Assembly: GCA_050944255.1 (NCBI GenBank)
Contig: JBMNQS010000003.1
Span: 42,409 to 66,408, forward strand
Direction: 5' to 3'
Length of the DNA: 24,000 nt
Source: Christensenellales bacterium
GTDB taxonomy: Bacteria; Bacillota; Clostridia; Christensenellales; Maliibacteriaceae
Shown here: positions 1 through 8,380 of the stretch, piece by piece
How the letters are laid out: each line of letters opens with the position of its first letter
Position numbering within the stretch: position 1 is the stretch's first letter
Made by a program: the position numbers and the translations under genes
The notes under the pieces: model-generated
Told to the model about the DNA's origin: nothing
Database searches by the model: none
Seen by the model: the letters and a program-made list of their open reading frames with translations, nothing else

Positions 1-252
1 GCGGATCTGCCTGAGCCGCAGGACGACCAAAAACACGCGTGCCTTGAAAACTGCTCGCTGTGCTCGCTGCAGGATATCTGCAGCAATCCCCAGAGGCAAA
101 ACGGCGGCGTGGTTTTAAAAGATATGATGCAGGCATCCGAGGCGGCTCTATACGGTCCAAACCACGGCTGGTGCCCCGACTGCGAAAGTAAACTGGAGTT
201 TGAGGGCGGCTGCGTGGTCTGCCGCAACTGCGGGTATTCCAAGTGCGGGTGA
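1..252 (+). CDS. nrdJ: C-terminal fragment of a probable vitamin B12-dependent (class II) ribonucleotide reductase, truncated at the window start
   Basis: Frame 1 is open from base 1 to TGA at 250-252 (absent from the ORF track because the start lies outside the window). It translates to ...LYGPNHGWCPDCESKLEFEGGCVVCRNCGYSKCG*, the C-terminal zinc-ribbon / redox-cysteine tail typical of NrdJ. Confidence 0.7.
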   Translation, partial: ADLPEPQDDQKHACLENCSLCSLQDICSNPQRQNGGVVLKDMMQASEAALYGPNHGWCPDCESKLEFEGGCVVCRNCGYSKCG

Positions 253-254
253 AC

Positions 255-744
255 GCCGGGCGTTGTCCGTCGGCCTCCGGCGGCCAAAGGCTCCGCCTTT
301 GGAATCCGCCAGGGACATTGTCCCTGGACCCGTTTATGGAAATGCCCGCAGGCGGTCATTTCCGGGGAGCCATATTGGGATTAAATGGAGAGTGAAGCCT
401 GAAATGCCTGCTCTTGGGGCGTTGCCCGGACTGGGATGAATGCCGGGCGTTGTCCGTCGGCCTCCGGCGGCCAAAGGCTTCGCCTTTGGAATCCGCCAGG
501 GACGATTGTCCCTGGACCCGTTTGCGGAAATGCCCGCAGGCGGTCATTTCCGGAGAGCCATATTGGGATTAAATGAAGAGTGAAGCCTGAAATGCCTGCT
601 CTTGGGGCGCTGGCCGGACTGGGATAAATGCCGGGTGTTGCCCGTCGGCCTCCGGCGGCCAAAGGCTCCGCCTTTGGAATCCGCCAGGGACGATTGTCCC
701 TGGACCCGTTATGGAAATGCCCGCAAGCGGTCATTTCCGGGGAA
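255..744. repeat. Tandem repeat array, unit ~187-188 bp, about 2.6 copies (255-441, 442-629, 630-~744 partial)
   Basis: GCCGGG(C/T)GTTG(T/C)CCGTCGGCCTCCGGCGGCCAAAGGCT(C/T)CGCCTTTGGAATCCGCCAGGGAC(G)ATTGTCCCTGGACCCG... recurs at 255, 442 and 630 with few differences. Each copy carries several inverted repeats. Confidence 0.95.
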
Positions 745-798
745 TATGAAAACTGTTTGGAATCGCCCGCGAAGCGGAAACGAAGTCTTTTTGGAGTT

Positions 799-832
799 CT
801 TAGAACCTTTTTCTTCAGAAAAAGGTTCTAAG
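799..832. repeat. Perfect 15-bp inverted repeat (hairpin) with TTCA loop
   Basis: CTTAGAACCTTTTTC-TTCA-GAAAAAGGTTCTAAG read directly at 799-832. Confidence 0.9.
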
Positions 833-838
833 CGGATT

Positions 839-857
839 CTTAAGGCGGAGCCTTAAG
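839..857. repeat. 8-bp inverted repeat, CTTAAGGC-GGA-GCCTTAAG
   Basis: Direct reading, immediately downstream of the 799-832 hairpin. Confidence 0.85.
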
Positions 858-889
858 CTGAACCCCGAATTAAATGAATATGGAGGTCT

Positions 890-1354
890 GTGATGAAAAA
901 CGATGAGGTGCTGGCCGTTGCCAGAGAGTGTTTTGAAGAACGCGGGATGAACTGCGCGCAGGCGACGTGCTATGCGCTGATGAAAGCCTACGGCATGGAC
1001 GCGGACCTTCTGGCCAAGACGCTGACGTGCTTTGGCGGCGGGGTGCTCCGCACGCGGAACGTCTGCGGAGCGCTTTCGGGCGCGCTGGCGGCTTTGGGCG
1101 CCGTGCACGGCTCCATGGGGCGCAGGGACGACATGGAGGGATACGCCGCGTGCAGCCGTCTGGGTGAGGAAATGACCGCCTGGTTCGAAGAGGCAAACGG
1201 CTCCATGCTCTGCAGCGAGCTGATCCAGGTGCCAAGGGACGATGAGGAGGCATTTAAGGCGTACCAGGCAAAGGACGGCCATAAGACCATCTGCACGCCC
1301 CTTGTGCTTGCGGCCACACAGAAGATGATGACGATCATGGAAGGCAGCTTATAA
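890..1354 (+). CDS. C_GCAxxG_C_C family (putative redox-active / metal-binding) protein
   Basis: ORF with GGAGG-type RBS just upstream. Family pattern: NCAQA near the N-terminus, CFGGGVLRTRNVCGALSGAL, and further spaced cysteines. Confidence 0.85.
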   Translation: MMKNDEVLAVARECFEERGMNCAQATCYALMKAYGMDADLLAKTLTCFGGGVLRTRNVCGALSGALAALGAVHGSMGRRDDMEGYAACSRLGEEMTAWFEEANGSMLCSELIQVPRDDEEAFKAYQAKDGHKTICTPLVLAATQKMMTIMEGSL

Positions 1355-1374
1355 ACGTGGCTCTATTATGCCAA

Positions 1375-1404
1375 GGTGAAAAAAGTTACTTTTTTTACCT
1401 TTTT
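1375..1404 (+). terminator. Rho-independent terminator of the C_GCAxxG_C_C gene
   Basis: GGTGAAAAAAGT-T-ACTTTTTTTACC inverted repeat (one G-T pair; inner pairs would open to form a loop) followed by TTTTT. Confidence 0.7.
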
Positions 1405-2480
1405 AACACAAATTTTTATATACACCTATCGCACTGGATATGGGGGTGTGTTATACTAAATTCCAAACGAGTTTTCCAAAAGAGGAACGTTCGTTGAGAT
1501 TTGTTTGTTCAGCCAACCAGCCTCCCATGAAGACTGTAGGAGCGCGCCGTAAAACGGCCGTTGTTAATAAAGCTGACATTCTCAGCGGCGAAAAATGTCG
1601 AACGGCATTTTTGCCAATAGCGGTTTTGCCCATTGCCGGTTGTCTTTATAAGCACCGGCTGCATCCATCAAAGAAAATAGATTTTCGCGCGCCTTTGGAA
1701 GGATAAACACTCCATATTACGAAAAGGGTGGCGAAAAGATCGCCGCCCTTTCAGCATGTACGTCCGCCGTTTTGCCTTCAGTCGCGGATTTTCCGGCTTC
1801 GGGAAAGGAATGTGCGCTCCGGTACGCTCAACAACAAACCGAGATCGGCAGGATATAAGAAGCGCAATGTCAAATACACCGTATGGGCCCGATTGGGGCA
1901 AAAAACCGATGCGACGCCAATATCCGATTTATCCGGGCCATGTCTGCATAAGCAATGTTAATATTGAGCCTGTGCCAAAAACAGGACCAAGCCAATGGGC
2001 GGTGTGAAGCGTCAAAGGTTCACGAACCGCCGCCGGTAAGATGCATGAACGGCCATATTGCCGCAGCCAAGAGGCGACGTGAATGCCCCGCAAAGACACC
2101 CTTCGCCCGATTGACGAAGGGGTATCACTGTGCGGGTCCGATACGGAATCGGTATGGCGGGATATAGCCGAATGTGCCGGCCAGCCCGGTAAAATATCGA
2201 TGAAAATACAAGCTCTCACATAAGGCCCTTCAATTTCTGTTTGCGCGAGCCATCCAAAACCGGTGGATAAACCGAATGAGGTGAACCGGTATGCCCGCCC
2301 CGGATGCATATAAGCGTATAGGCTCTTCGGCATCACAACATTTTTTTATACAGACCCGCTCCGGCCAACATGGGCCGTACCAAGCGCTATATATAAAGTT
2401 GTATGCACGGTTGTCCATAAGATTAGATTAAAATGAAGTATGCAATATATAAGCGTTCATTATGGCGAGGGAGGTGCCGC

Positions 2481-3383
2481 ATGCTGGATGTCAAAATAGA
2501 GACGCTGTTGATTGTGGCCGATACGCTGAATTTTACAAGAGCGGCCAAGGAACTGTCTCTGACACAACCGGCTGTCAGCCAACATATTAAAGCGCTTGAA
2601 ACGCAGCTTAAAGTCACTTTATTCTCACGGCGCGAAAAAGAGTTGAGACCCACGGAAGAAGGAGAAATCGTCATAGAATACGCGCGGAAAATGAAGGCGC
2701 TGAACCTGAATATGGTGCAGGCGCTGCAGGATCGCCAGCGCCGCGTAAGACGTCTGGCCGTGGGTATAATGCCAAAAGCGGAAAACAACGGCATTTCGCG
2801 GATATTTGCCATGTATGGAAGCCGGAATCTCAGCCTGCATATAACGATCACTACCGATCAGATAAAAGATCTTTATGCCAAACTGAAAAACTATGAGATC
2901 CATTTGGCCGTCATTGAGGGCGATACCCTGGAGAGCGGCTATAATTCCATCCTGCTGGATACGGACTATCTGGTGCTGGCGGTGGCCAACAGCAACCCGC
3001 TGTCCAGAAAGAGCATCGCCACACTGAGCGATCTGCGCAAGGAAAAACTGATACTGCGCCTGCCTGCGTCGGAAACCCGTAAACTCTTTGAAAAGGGCCT
3101 GAGCAGCATCGGTCAGTCCATCGATACGTTCAATGTTATACTGGAAGTGGATAACAACAATATCATCAAAGAATTGGTGGAGGCCAACTTCGGCGTCAGC
3201 ATCATCTCCAAAAACGCCTGCGCAACCGAAGTGCGCCAGAAACGCTTCACCGTTCTGCCCATTGAAAACCTGTCCATTATCAGAGAGGTCCATATCGTCT
3301 ACAACCAGGAATTTGAGCATCCGGATATCCTCAACGATATCGTGGGGATCTACAATGAATCCATGAGCCGCCTCAAGGAATAG
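2481..3383 (+). CDS. LysR-family transcriptional regulator
   Basis: MLDVKIETLLIVADTLNFTRAAKELSLTQPAVSQHIKALETQLKVTLFSRREKELRPTEEG is a canonical LysR N-terminal HTH, followed by a substrate-binding domain. The track start is 2433, but ATG 2481 is preceded by GGGAGGTG and fits the family start. Confidence 0.93.
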   Translation: MLDVKIETLLIVADTLNFTRAAKELSLTQPAVSQHIKALETQLKVTLFSRREKELRPTEEGEIVIEYARKMKALNLNMVQALQDRQRRVRRLAVGIMPKAENNGISRIFAMYGSRNLSLHITITTDQIKDLYAKLKNYEIHLAVIEGDTLESGYNSILLDTDYLVLAVANSNPLSRKSIATLSDLRKEKLILRLPASETRKLFEKGLSSIGQSIDTFNVILEVDNNNIIKELVEANFGVSIISKNACATEVRQKRFTVLPIENLSIIREVHIVYNQEFEHPDILNDIVGIYNESMSRLKE

Positions 3384-3444
3384 AGCGCTCTGCCTAAAGC
3401 GCCCGCGGCCGCTTGAAAATAAAAAATGCGAAAGCGATAAGAGC

Positions 3445-3470
3445 CTCGCGCCGCGCGTGGGGTTTTTTTA
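3445..3470 (+). terminator. Rho-independent terminator downstream of the LysR gene
   Basis: CCTCGCGC-CGC-GCGTGGGG (8-bp stem with two G-T pairs) followed by TTTTTTT. Confidence 0.7.
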
Positions 3471-3720
3471 TTGTGCTTTTGGGCGGATGGGTACCGAAAA
3501 AGGAGGGGAAGAACCTTCTTGCGGGGCGCGCGATTGGAAAAAGGAGCCGCCGGGCGCACGGCGGAGGCGCGGGCGCAAAATTTCGCGCAGGGAAGCCCGG
3601 GAAATGCACAGGAGGATCGGGATTCCGGACCGGAAAAAAGTTTTTTGGGGACCCGCGGCGGCATCGTCCGGCGCTGGAACAGGCGGGCCGGTCACGTGCC
3701 GTTCCAGACAAAAATAACAC

Positions 3721-3749
3721 GTCTAAACGGCTGCTTGTACACATATAGT
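3721..3749 (+). promoter_or_regulatory. Possible sigma-E-type promoter for the spoIIIA operon
   Basis: CATATAGT at 3742-3749 resembles the sigma-E -10 (CATAnAnT). A weak -35-like GTCTAAA lies 14 nt upstream. Position just before spoIIIAA is consistent. Confidence 0.35.
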
Positions 3750-3772
3750 TGGTGATAAGGGAGGGCATGTAC

Positions 3773-4744
3773 ATGCAGGACTGCACAAGGGCTTGGACGG
3801 AGCTTATCAGGGTGATGCCGCAGCCGGCGAAAGGGCTTTTGCAGCGGCTTGACGCCGGGCAGTCCGGCGGGGTGCGGGAAGTGCGCATCCGCTGCGGGCA
3901 GGCCGTGGAAATAGTCAGCGAAAGCGGGCGCGAATGGCTGCATCAGGCGGCCGGGCAGAAAACGCCCGCGGTGGCCGATATGGATTTTTGCAAGAGGGTG
4001 TTTTCCGGCATCAGCGAGCATTCTCTCTACGCGGTGGAGGCCCAGCTCAAATGGGGATACATCACGCTGCCGGGAGGGGTCCGGGTAGGCGTTGCCGGGC
4101 ATGCCGCCCGGCAGGACGGCGGCGGGTACATGATCACGGCGGCAGGGAGCTTCTGCTTCCGCATCGGCCGCGCGCTGCAGGGCTGCGCCGATCACCTGAT
4201 GCCCTTTGTCCTGCGGGGGGAAAGCATGTATTCCACACTCCTGATCGGACCGCCCGGGTGCGGCAAGACGACGCAATTGCGCGATGTGGCGCGGCAGCTG
4301 TCGCAAAGGGGCGTGCATGTGGCCCTGGTGGACGAACGGGGCGAAATCTCCGGGAGCCGAAGCGGCGGCAGCGCCTTTGACCTTGGCCCCTGCTGCGACG
4401 TGATGGAGGGCATCCCAAAGGCCCAGGGCATGATGATGATGGTGCGCTCCATGGCCCCGGAAGTGATGATCACCGACGAGATCGGCCATGAGGCGGACGC
4501 GCAGGCCATTTTGGAGGCGGGCAACGCCGGCGTCAAGATCATTGCCTCGGCCCACGCCGAGGATGTAAGATCGCTGAAAATGCGTCCGGCCCTGGGCGCG
4601 TGCCTGCGCCAAGGGGTGTTTGAAAGGCTTGCCGTACTGTCTTTAAGAGACGGCCCGGGAACGCTGGAAAGCGTGATGGACATGGGCCGCGGCGCGGCGC
4701 TGGTTGCGGCAAAGCCGATGCTGAAAACCGGAGGAGGGGTTTGA
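3773..4744 (+). CDS. spoIIIAA: Stage III sporulation protein AA (ATPase)
   Basis: Walker A LLIGPPGCGKTTQLRD, VALVDERGEISG, CDVMEGIPKAQGMMMMVRSMAPEVMITDEIG; followed by AB-AH. Track ORF starts at 3749 (TTG). ATG 3773 has good spacing from AAGGGAGGG; ATG 3767 is also possible. Confidence 0.95.
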   Translation: MQDCTRAWTELIRVMPQPAKGLLQRLDAGQSGGVREVRIRCGQAVEIVSESGREWLHQAAGQKTPAVADMDFCKRVFSGISEHSLYAVEAQLKWGYITLPGGVRVGVAGHAARQDGGGYMITAAGSFCFRIGRALQGCADHLMPFVLRGESMYSTLLIGPPGCGKTTQLRDVARQLSQRGVHVALVDERGEISGSRSGGSAFDLGPCCDVMEGIPKAQGMMMMVRSMAPEVMITDEIGHEADAQAILEAGNAGVKIIASAHAEDVRSLKMRPALGACLRQGVFERLAVLSLRDGPGTLESVMDMGRGAALVAAKPMLKTGGGV

Positions 4745-5274
4745 AATTGCTGCTGAAGATACTCCAGAGCGTTCTGGTGGTAATTGCCTGCGCGCTGATC
4801 GGCGTACTGCGGGCGCAGAAGTACCAGAACCGGTGCGCCGTCATCGGCGACATGCAGATTCTGGCAAGGCGGCTGCGGCTGGGCAGCGCCCTTCAGGGCG
4901 AGCCGCTGTCGCTGCTGCTTGAGCCCTTTGAAAGCCAGATGGCGCCGCCGGTATCCGAGGTGATCGCCATTTTCCGCGGACTGCTTCATGCAAACGAGCT
5001 TTTAATAGAAACCGCGTGGGAGCGGGCGCTGACGCAGGTGCTTTCAAACGGAGGAAAGCGGTACGCGCTGGACGAGGAGGACTTTTCCCAGATATTGCAG
5101 CTGGGCGCCTTTATGGGCCAGCGGCGGCAGGCCCAGCAGGAGAGCCTGAAGATTCTCGAAGACGCGCTGGGCCAGCGGCTCACCCAGGCCATGATCCACA
5201 AAGAAAAGGGCGCCAAGCTCTCGGTGCGCATCGGGTTTCTCTCCGGCGTGATGCTGGCGCTGTGTATATTGTAA
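4741..5274 (+). CDS. spoIIIAB: Stage III sporulation protein AB
   Basis: MKLLLKILQSVLVVIACALIGVLRAQKY...; TTG start overlapping the spoIIIAA stop; position in the operon. Confidence 0.93.
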   Translation: MKLLLKILQSVLVVIACALIGVLRAQKYQNRCAVIGDMQILARRLRLGSALQGEPLSLLLEPFESQMAPPVSEVIAIFRGLLHANELLIETAWERALTQVLSNGGKRYALDEEDFSQILQLGAFMGQRRQAQQESLKILEDALGQRLTQAMIHKEKGAKLSVRIGFLSGVMLALCIL

Positions 5275-5321
5275 ATGTACGACGGCTTTACACGAAGGCT
5301 CCCTCTGAAAGGAACAAAAGT

Positions 5322-5519
5322 ATGAGCATAGATCTGGTTTTTAGAATAGCGGCCATCGGCATCCTGGTTTCGGTGCTGGCGCAGGTCTTAAACCGCGCGG
5401 GCCGCGAAGAGATGGCGACGCTGACCACCATCGCCGGGCTGGTGATCGTGCTTTTGATGGTGGTGCAGCTGATAGGCTCGCTGTTTGAGAGCGTCAAGTC
5501 CATCTTCCAGCTCTATTAA
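5322..5519 (+). CDS. spoIIIAC: Stage III sporulation protein AC
   Basis: 65-aa two-TM protein MSIDLVFRIAAIGILVSVLAQVLNRAGREEMATLTTIAGLVIVLLMVVQLIGSLFESVKSIFQLY. The track extends this frame upstream to 5016; the start given here is inferred from protein length and could be off by a few bases. Confidence 0.93.
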   Translation: MSIDLVFRIAAIGILVSVLAQVLNRAGREEMATLTTIAGLVIVLLMVVQLIGSLFESVKSIFQLY

Positions 5520-5531
5520 GGGGCGAAGGCT

Positions 5532-5927
5532 ATGGAGATTTTCCAGATTGTTGCGGTGGTATTGATAGCGGCGCTGCTGGCGGTGACGCTGCGCTCGCAG
5601 CGGCCGGAGATGGCGCTGGTACTGAGCCTGGCAACCGGCGCGCTGGTGCTGTTTATGCTGCTGCCCACCCTCTCGCAGATGGTGCAGCAGACCAAGAGCA
5701 TCGCCTCGGAGGTATCGGGGATGGGCACCATCGCCGCGGCGGTACTCAAGATGATCGGCGTGGCCTACATCTCCGAATACGGCGCCAGTTTGTGCCGGGA
5801 CGCGGAGGAGAACGCGCTGGCCTTCAAGATCGAGACCGGCGGGCGCCTCCTGATACTGGCTATGGCCACGCCCTTTGTGCTGTCGATCCTTCATTCGGCG
5901 GTGTCGCTGCTTTCCGGCGGCGGATAG
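5532..5927 (+). CDS. spoIIIAD: Stage III sporulation protein AD
   Basis: MEIFQIVAVVLIAALLAVTLRSQRPEMALVLSLATGALVLFMLLP...; operon position. Confidence 0.95.
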   Translation: MEIFQIVAVVLIAALLAVTLRSQRPEMALVLSLATGALVLFMLLPTLSQMVQQTKSIASEVSGMGTIAAAVLKMIGVAYISEYGASLCRDAEENALAFKIETGGRLLILAMATPFVLSILHSAVSLLSGGG

Positions 5928-5930
5928 GCG

Positions 5931-7235
5931 GTGCGTATGAAGAGATGGCGAAAGAAAAAGATGCTGGCGCTTGCGCTGATGATCCTGGCGGTATTTTCCT
6001 GCGGGGCGGCCTTCAATACCGAACCTGCGCAGGACGCCTGGCAGAGCCAGTTTGTGGTGGCGCCGGAAGCGGGGGCGCTGCAGACGCCGCAGGAACAAAC
6101 AGAGCAGGAGGAACAGAGCCAGGAAGCCGCCTATAAGATCGACCTGGAGGAGCTCTTGATGCAGCAGGCGGAGCTTCTGGACCTGTCGGAACTGGAAGGC
6201 GCGCTTTCGGACATCGGCGTACAGGACCGGGAAGCCGTGGGGGCGGACAGCTTCTTCCAATTGATGCGCGACGCGGCCACGGGGCAGTTCGTGTTCGACG
6301 GGCAGGCCTTTTTGCAGCGGGGGCTGCAGCTTGTGCTGGGCGAGCTCCGGAACAATATGGGCTTTATCTCCAGCATCATGGGCATTGCCATACTGTGCAG
6401 CCTCATGCAGCAGATGCGCGACGGGCTCTCCTCCCAGGGAGTGGCCAAGGCCGTATACATGGCCTGCTACGCGGTGATCGTGGTCCTGTTGATGCAGAAG
6501 ATGCTGTCGCTGGCGGACGACGCCAGGCAGGTGATGCAGACGCTGTCGCAGTGGATGACGCTTTTAATGCCGGTGCTGCTGGTTTTGATGAGCACCATGG
6601 GCGCCGTGGCCTCGGCCAGCGTGTTCCAGCCAGTGACGGCGCTGATGGCCAATCTGGTGCAGGTGGTGATGACCAACGCCATGCTGCCTTTGACGCTCTC
6701 CGCCGGGGCGCTGACGGTGGTCAACCGCATGGGGGAACGGCCCCGGTTCCAGAAGATGGTGGGCTTTCTCAAAAGCCTTCTCAAATGGGGGCTGGGGGTC
6801 ATCTTCACGCTGTTTATCGGGGTATTGTCCCTGCAGGGGGTGGCCGCCTCCAGCTTCGACGGGCTGGGTATCCGGACCATGAAGTTTACGCTGTCAAGCA
6901 CCGTGCCCATCGTCGGCGGCGTGGTCTCGGACTCTCTGGAGACGCTCCTTGGATGCAGTATGCTGCTGAAAAACGGGGTGGGCATCGCCGGCATCGTGGC
7001 GGCGCTGGCGGCGCTGATCATGCCGGTGATCAAAATCGGGGTGGTGACGCTGACCATCAAGCTGTGCGCGGCGCTATTGCAGCCCATCGACTCGGGGCCC
7101 ATCGTCAATTGTATGGAGGAGGTCAGCGACATACTGCAGATTCTTTTGAGCTGCGTGCTGACGGTGGCCATGATGTTCTTCCTGGCCATTGCGCTGGCCG
7201 TAGGCGCGGGCAACGCGTCCTTCTCAGCGGGGTGA
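5931..7235 (+). CDS. spoIIIAE: Stage III sporulation protein AE
   Basis: 434-aa multi-TM protein with an N-terminal signal-like segment; operon position between AD and AF. ATG 5937 is an alternative start. Confidence 0.95.
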   Translation: MRMKRWRKKKMLALALMILAVFSCGAAFNTEPAQDAWQSQFVVAPEAGALQTPQEQTEQEEQSQEAAYKIDLEELLMQQAELLDLSELEGALSDIGVQDREAVGADSFFQLMRDAATGQFVFDGQAFLQRGLQLVLGELRNNMGFISSIMGIAILCSLMQQMRDGLSSQGVAKAVYMACYAVIVVLLMQKMLSLADDARQVMQTLSQWMTLLMPVLLVLMSTMGAVASASVFQPVTALMANLVQVVMTNAMLPLTLSAGALTVVNRMGERPRFQKMVGFLKSLLKWGLGVIFTLFIGVLSLQGVAASSFDGLGIRTMKFTLSSTVPIVGGVVSDSLETLLGCSMLLKNGVGIAGIVAALAALIMPVIKIGVVTLTIKLCAALLQPIDSGPIVNCMEEVSDILQILLSCVLTVAMMFFLAIALAVGAGNASFSAG

Positions 7236-7239
7236 TTGT

Positions 7240-7758
7240 ATGTGGGAATGGATCAGAGACGTAACGGCCCTGGGGGTGCTGGCGGCGTGGATCGACATGA
7301 TCGCCCCGGAGGGAAAGACCCGGAAAATGACGCTGTACTGCGTGGGATTGGCCATTGTGGCGGCTATGATTCTGCCGCTGGCAAACTGGATTTCGGGACT
7401 CTATCAAAACGTGCAGGGAGAGGCCGCCGCCGTGTTCTCGCAAGGCGGGGGGCAGAGCCAAAGCCTGGCTATAGGCGGCGAGCATCAGCTGCAGTTTCAA
7501 AATACGGTGGCCTACCAGGTCAATACGTGGCTGAAGGAGTATACGGGGGAAACCGGCTTTGCGGTCTACGTGACCAGCGAACTGGGCGAAAACGGGCAGC
7601 TGGAGGTGATGGATATCCACATCCTCTGGCCGTCGGCCGAGGATGAACCAATTTCAAAGGCGGCCAAGGAAATTGAGCGAAACAATGCCCGGCGCAGCAT
7701 AAAAACCGCACTGTCGCGAATATATAGAATCGATGAGACAGCAATCCGGTTTTCCTGA
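7240..7758 (+). CDS. spoIIIAF: Stage III sporulation protein AF
   Basis: MWEWIRDVTALGVLAAWIDMIAPEGKTRKMTLYCVGLAIVAAMILPL...; operon position. Confidence 0.93.
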   Translation: MWEWIRDVTALGVLAAWIDMIAPEGKTRKMTLYCVGLAIVAAMILPLANWISGLYQNVQGEAAAVFSQGGGQSQSLAIGGEHQLQFQNTVAYQVNTWLKEYTGETGFAVYVTSELGENGQLEVMDIHILWPSAEDEPISKAAKEIERNNARRSIKTALSRIYRIDETAIRFS

Positions 7759-7782
7759 TCAACGCTTTGAGAGGGGAGAACA

Positions 7783-8370
7783 ATGGGAGTTGATGCACAA
7801 AAGTGGACACAGAAACTGAAGGATTTAACGAAAAAACGCGGCATGGAGATCGTCATTGCCGTGGTGGTGGTAGCCGTTATCCTGATCATCTACCTGACCA
7901 GCTGGTCGTGGGGAGGCGACGACACAAAGCCGCCCGATACGCAGGCGCCCTTAAGCACGGAAGAATCCCAGAGCCGCTCGGAAGATCATGCTGGCGAGCT
8001 CTCGGCGCTGCTCTCCCGCCTCAAGGGAGCGGGCAAGGTGCAGGTGATGATCACCTATGAATCCGGGCCGGAGATCGTGCCGGCGTTCTCCACCACCGAA
8101 CAAAGCAACCAGACCAGCGAAAATTCCAGTACGATCAACCGCACCACCACACAGTCCAACCAGACGAAACAGCCGGTGACCGCCGGGGGCTCCGGTCAGG
8201 TGCAGGCGGTGGTGCTCAAGGAAATCGAGCCGGCCATCAAGGGCGTCATCGTTCTGGCCGAGGGCGCCGGCGATATCCGCGTGAAAATGAACCTGCTGCA
8301 GGCAGTGCAGACAGTGCTGCAGATCGATGCCAACCAGGTGGACGTATTTGAAATGGGTAAAACACAATAA
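7783..8370 (+). CDS. spoIIIAG: Stage III sporulation protein AG
   Basis: Single TM segment, then LSRLKGAGKVQVMITYESG, and KGVIVLAEGAGDIRVKMNLLQAVQTVLQIDANQVDVFEM; operon position. Confidence 0.95.
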   Translation: MGVDAQKWTQKLKDLTKKRGMEIVIAVVVVAVILIIYLTSWSWGGDDTKPPDTQAPLSTEESQSRSEDHAGELSALLSRLKGAGKVQVMITYESGPEIVPAFSTTEQSNQTSENSSTINRTTTQSNQTKQPVTAGGSGQVQAVVLKEIEPAIKGVIVLAEGAGDIRVKMNLLQAVQTVLQIDANQVDVFEMGKTQ

Positions 8371-8380
8371 AGGGGGCAGA

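Noticed and set aside
255-744. CRISPR array interpretation of the tandem repeats
   Set aside because: Only about 2.6 near-contiguous copies of a 188-bp unit, no short direct repeats with unique spacers, and no cas genes.
200-856. Track ORFs 200-439 (+), 356-547 (-), 381-734 (-), 602-856 (+), 628-831 (+)
   Set aside because: They lie within the tandem repeats and their downstream hairpins. The near-identical peptide MTACGHF... recurs only because the DNA repeats. No RBS or family match.
1596-1602. TGTCGAA (0A box) in the orphan region
   Set aside because: It lies inside a hairpin stem/loop, and a 7-mer is expected to occur by chance a few times in 24 kb over both strands. No sporulation gene is adjacent.
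1440-2418. Small ORFs in the orphan region (1440-1706, 1728-1961, 1756-2007, 1929-2336 -, 1955-2167, 2230-2418 -)
   Set aside because: They overlap in conflicting frames and strands, have low-complexity or atypical composition, and show no recognisable domain. Treated as non-coding unless homologues are found.
3350-4612. ORFs in the GC-rich spacer and antisense to spoIIIAA (3350-3664 -, 3394-3888 -, 3413-3748 +, 3692-4612 -)
   Set aside because: Arg/Pro/Gly/Ala-rich translations typical of spurious frames in GC-rich DNA. No domains or RBS, and several run antisense to the well-supported spoIIIAA.
6395-7264. 289-aa + strand ORF overlapping spoIIIAE
   Set aside because: Out-of-frame shadow of spoIIIAE with Gly/Ala/Asp/His-rich composition.
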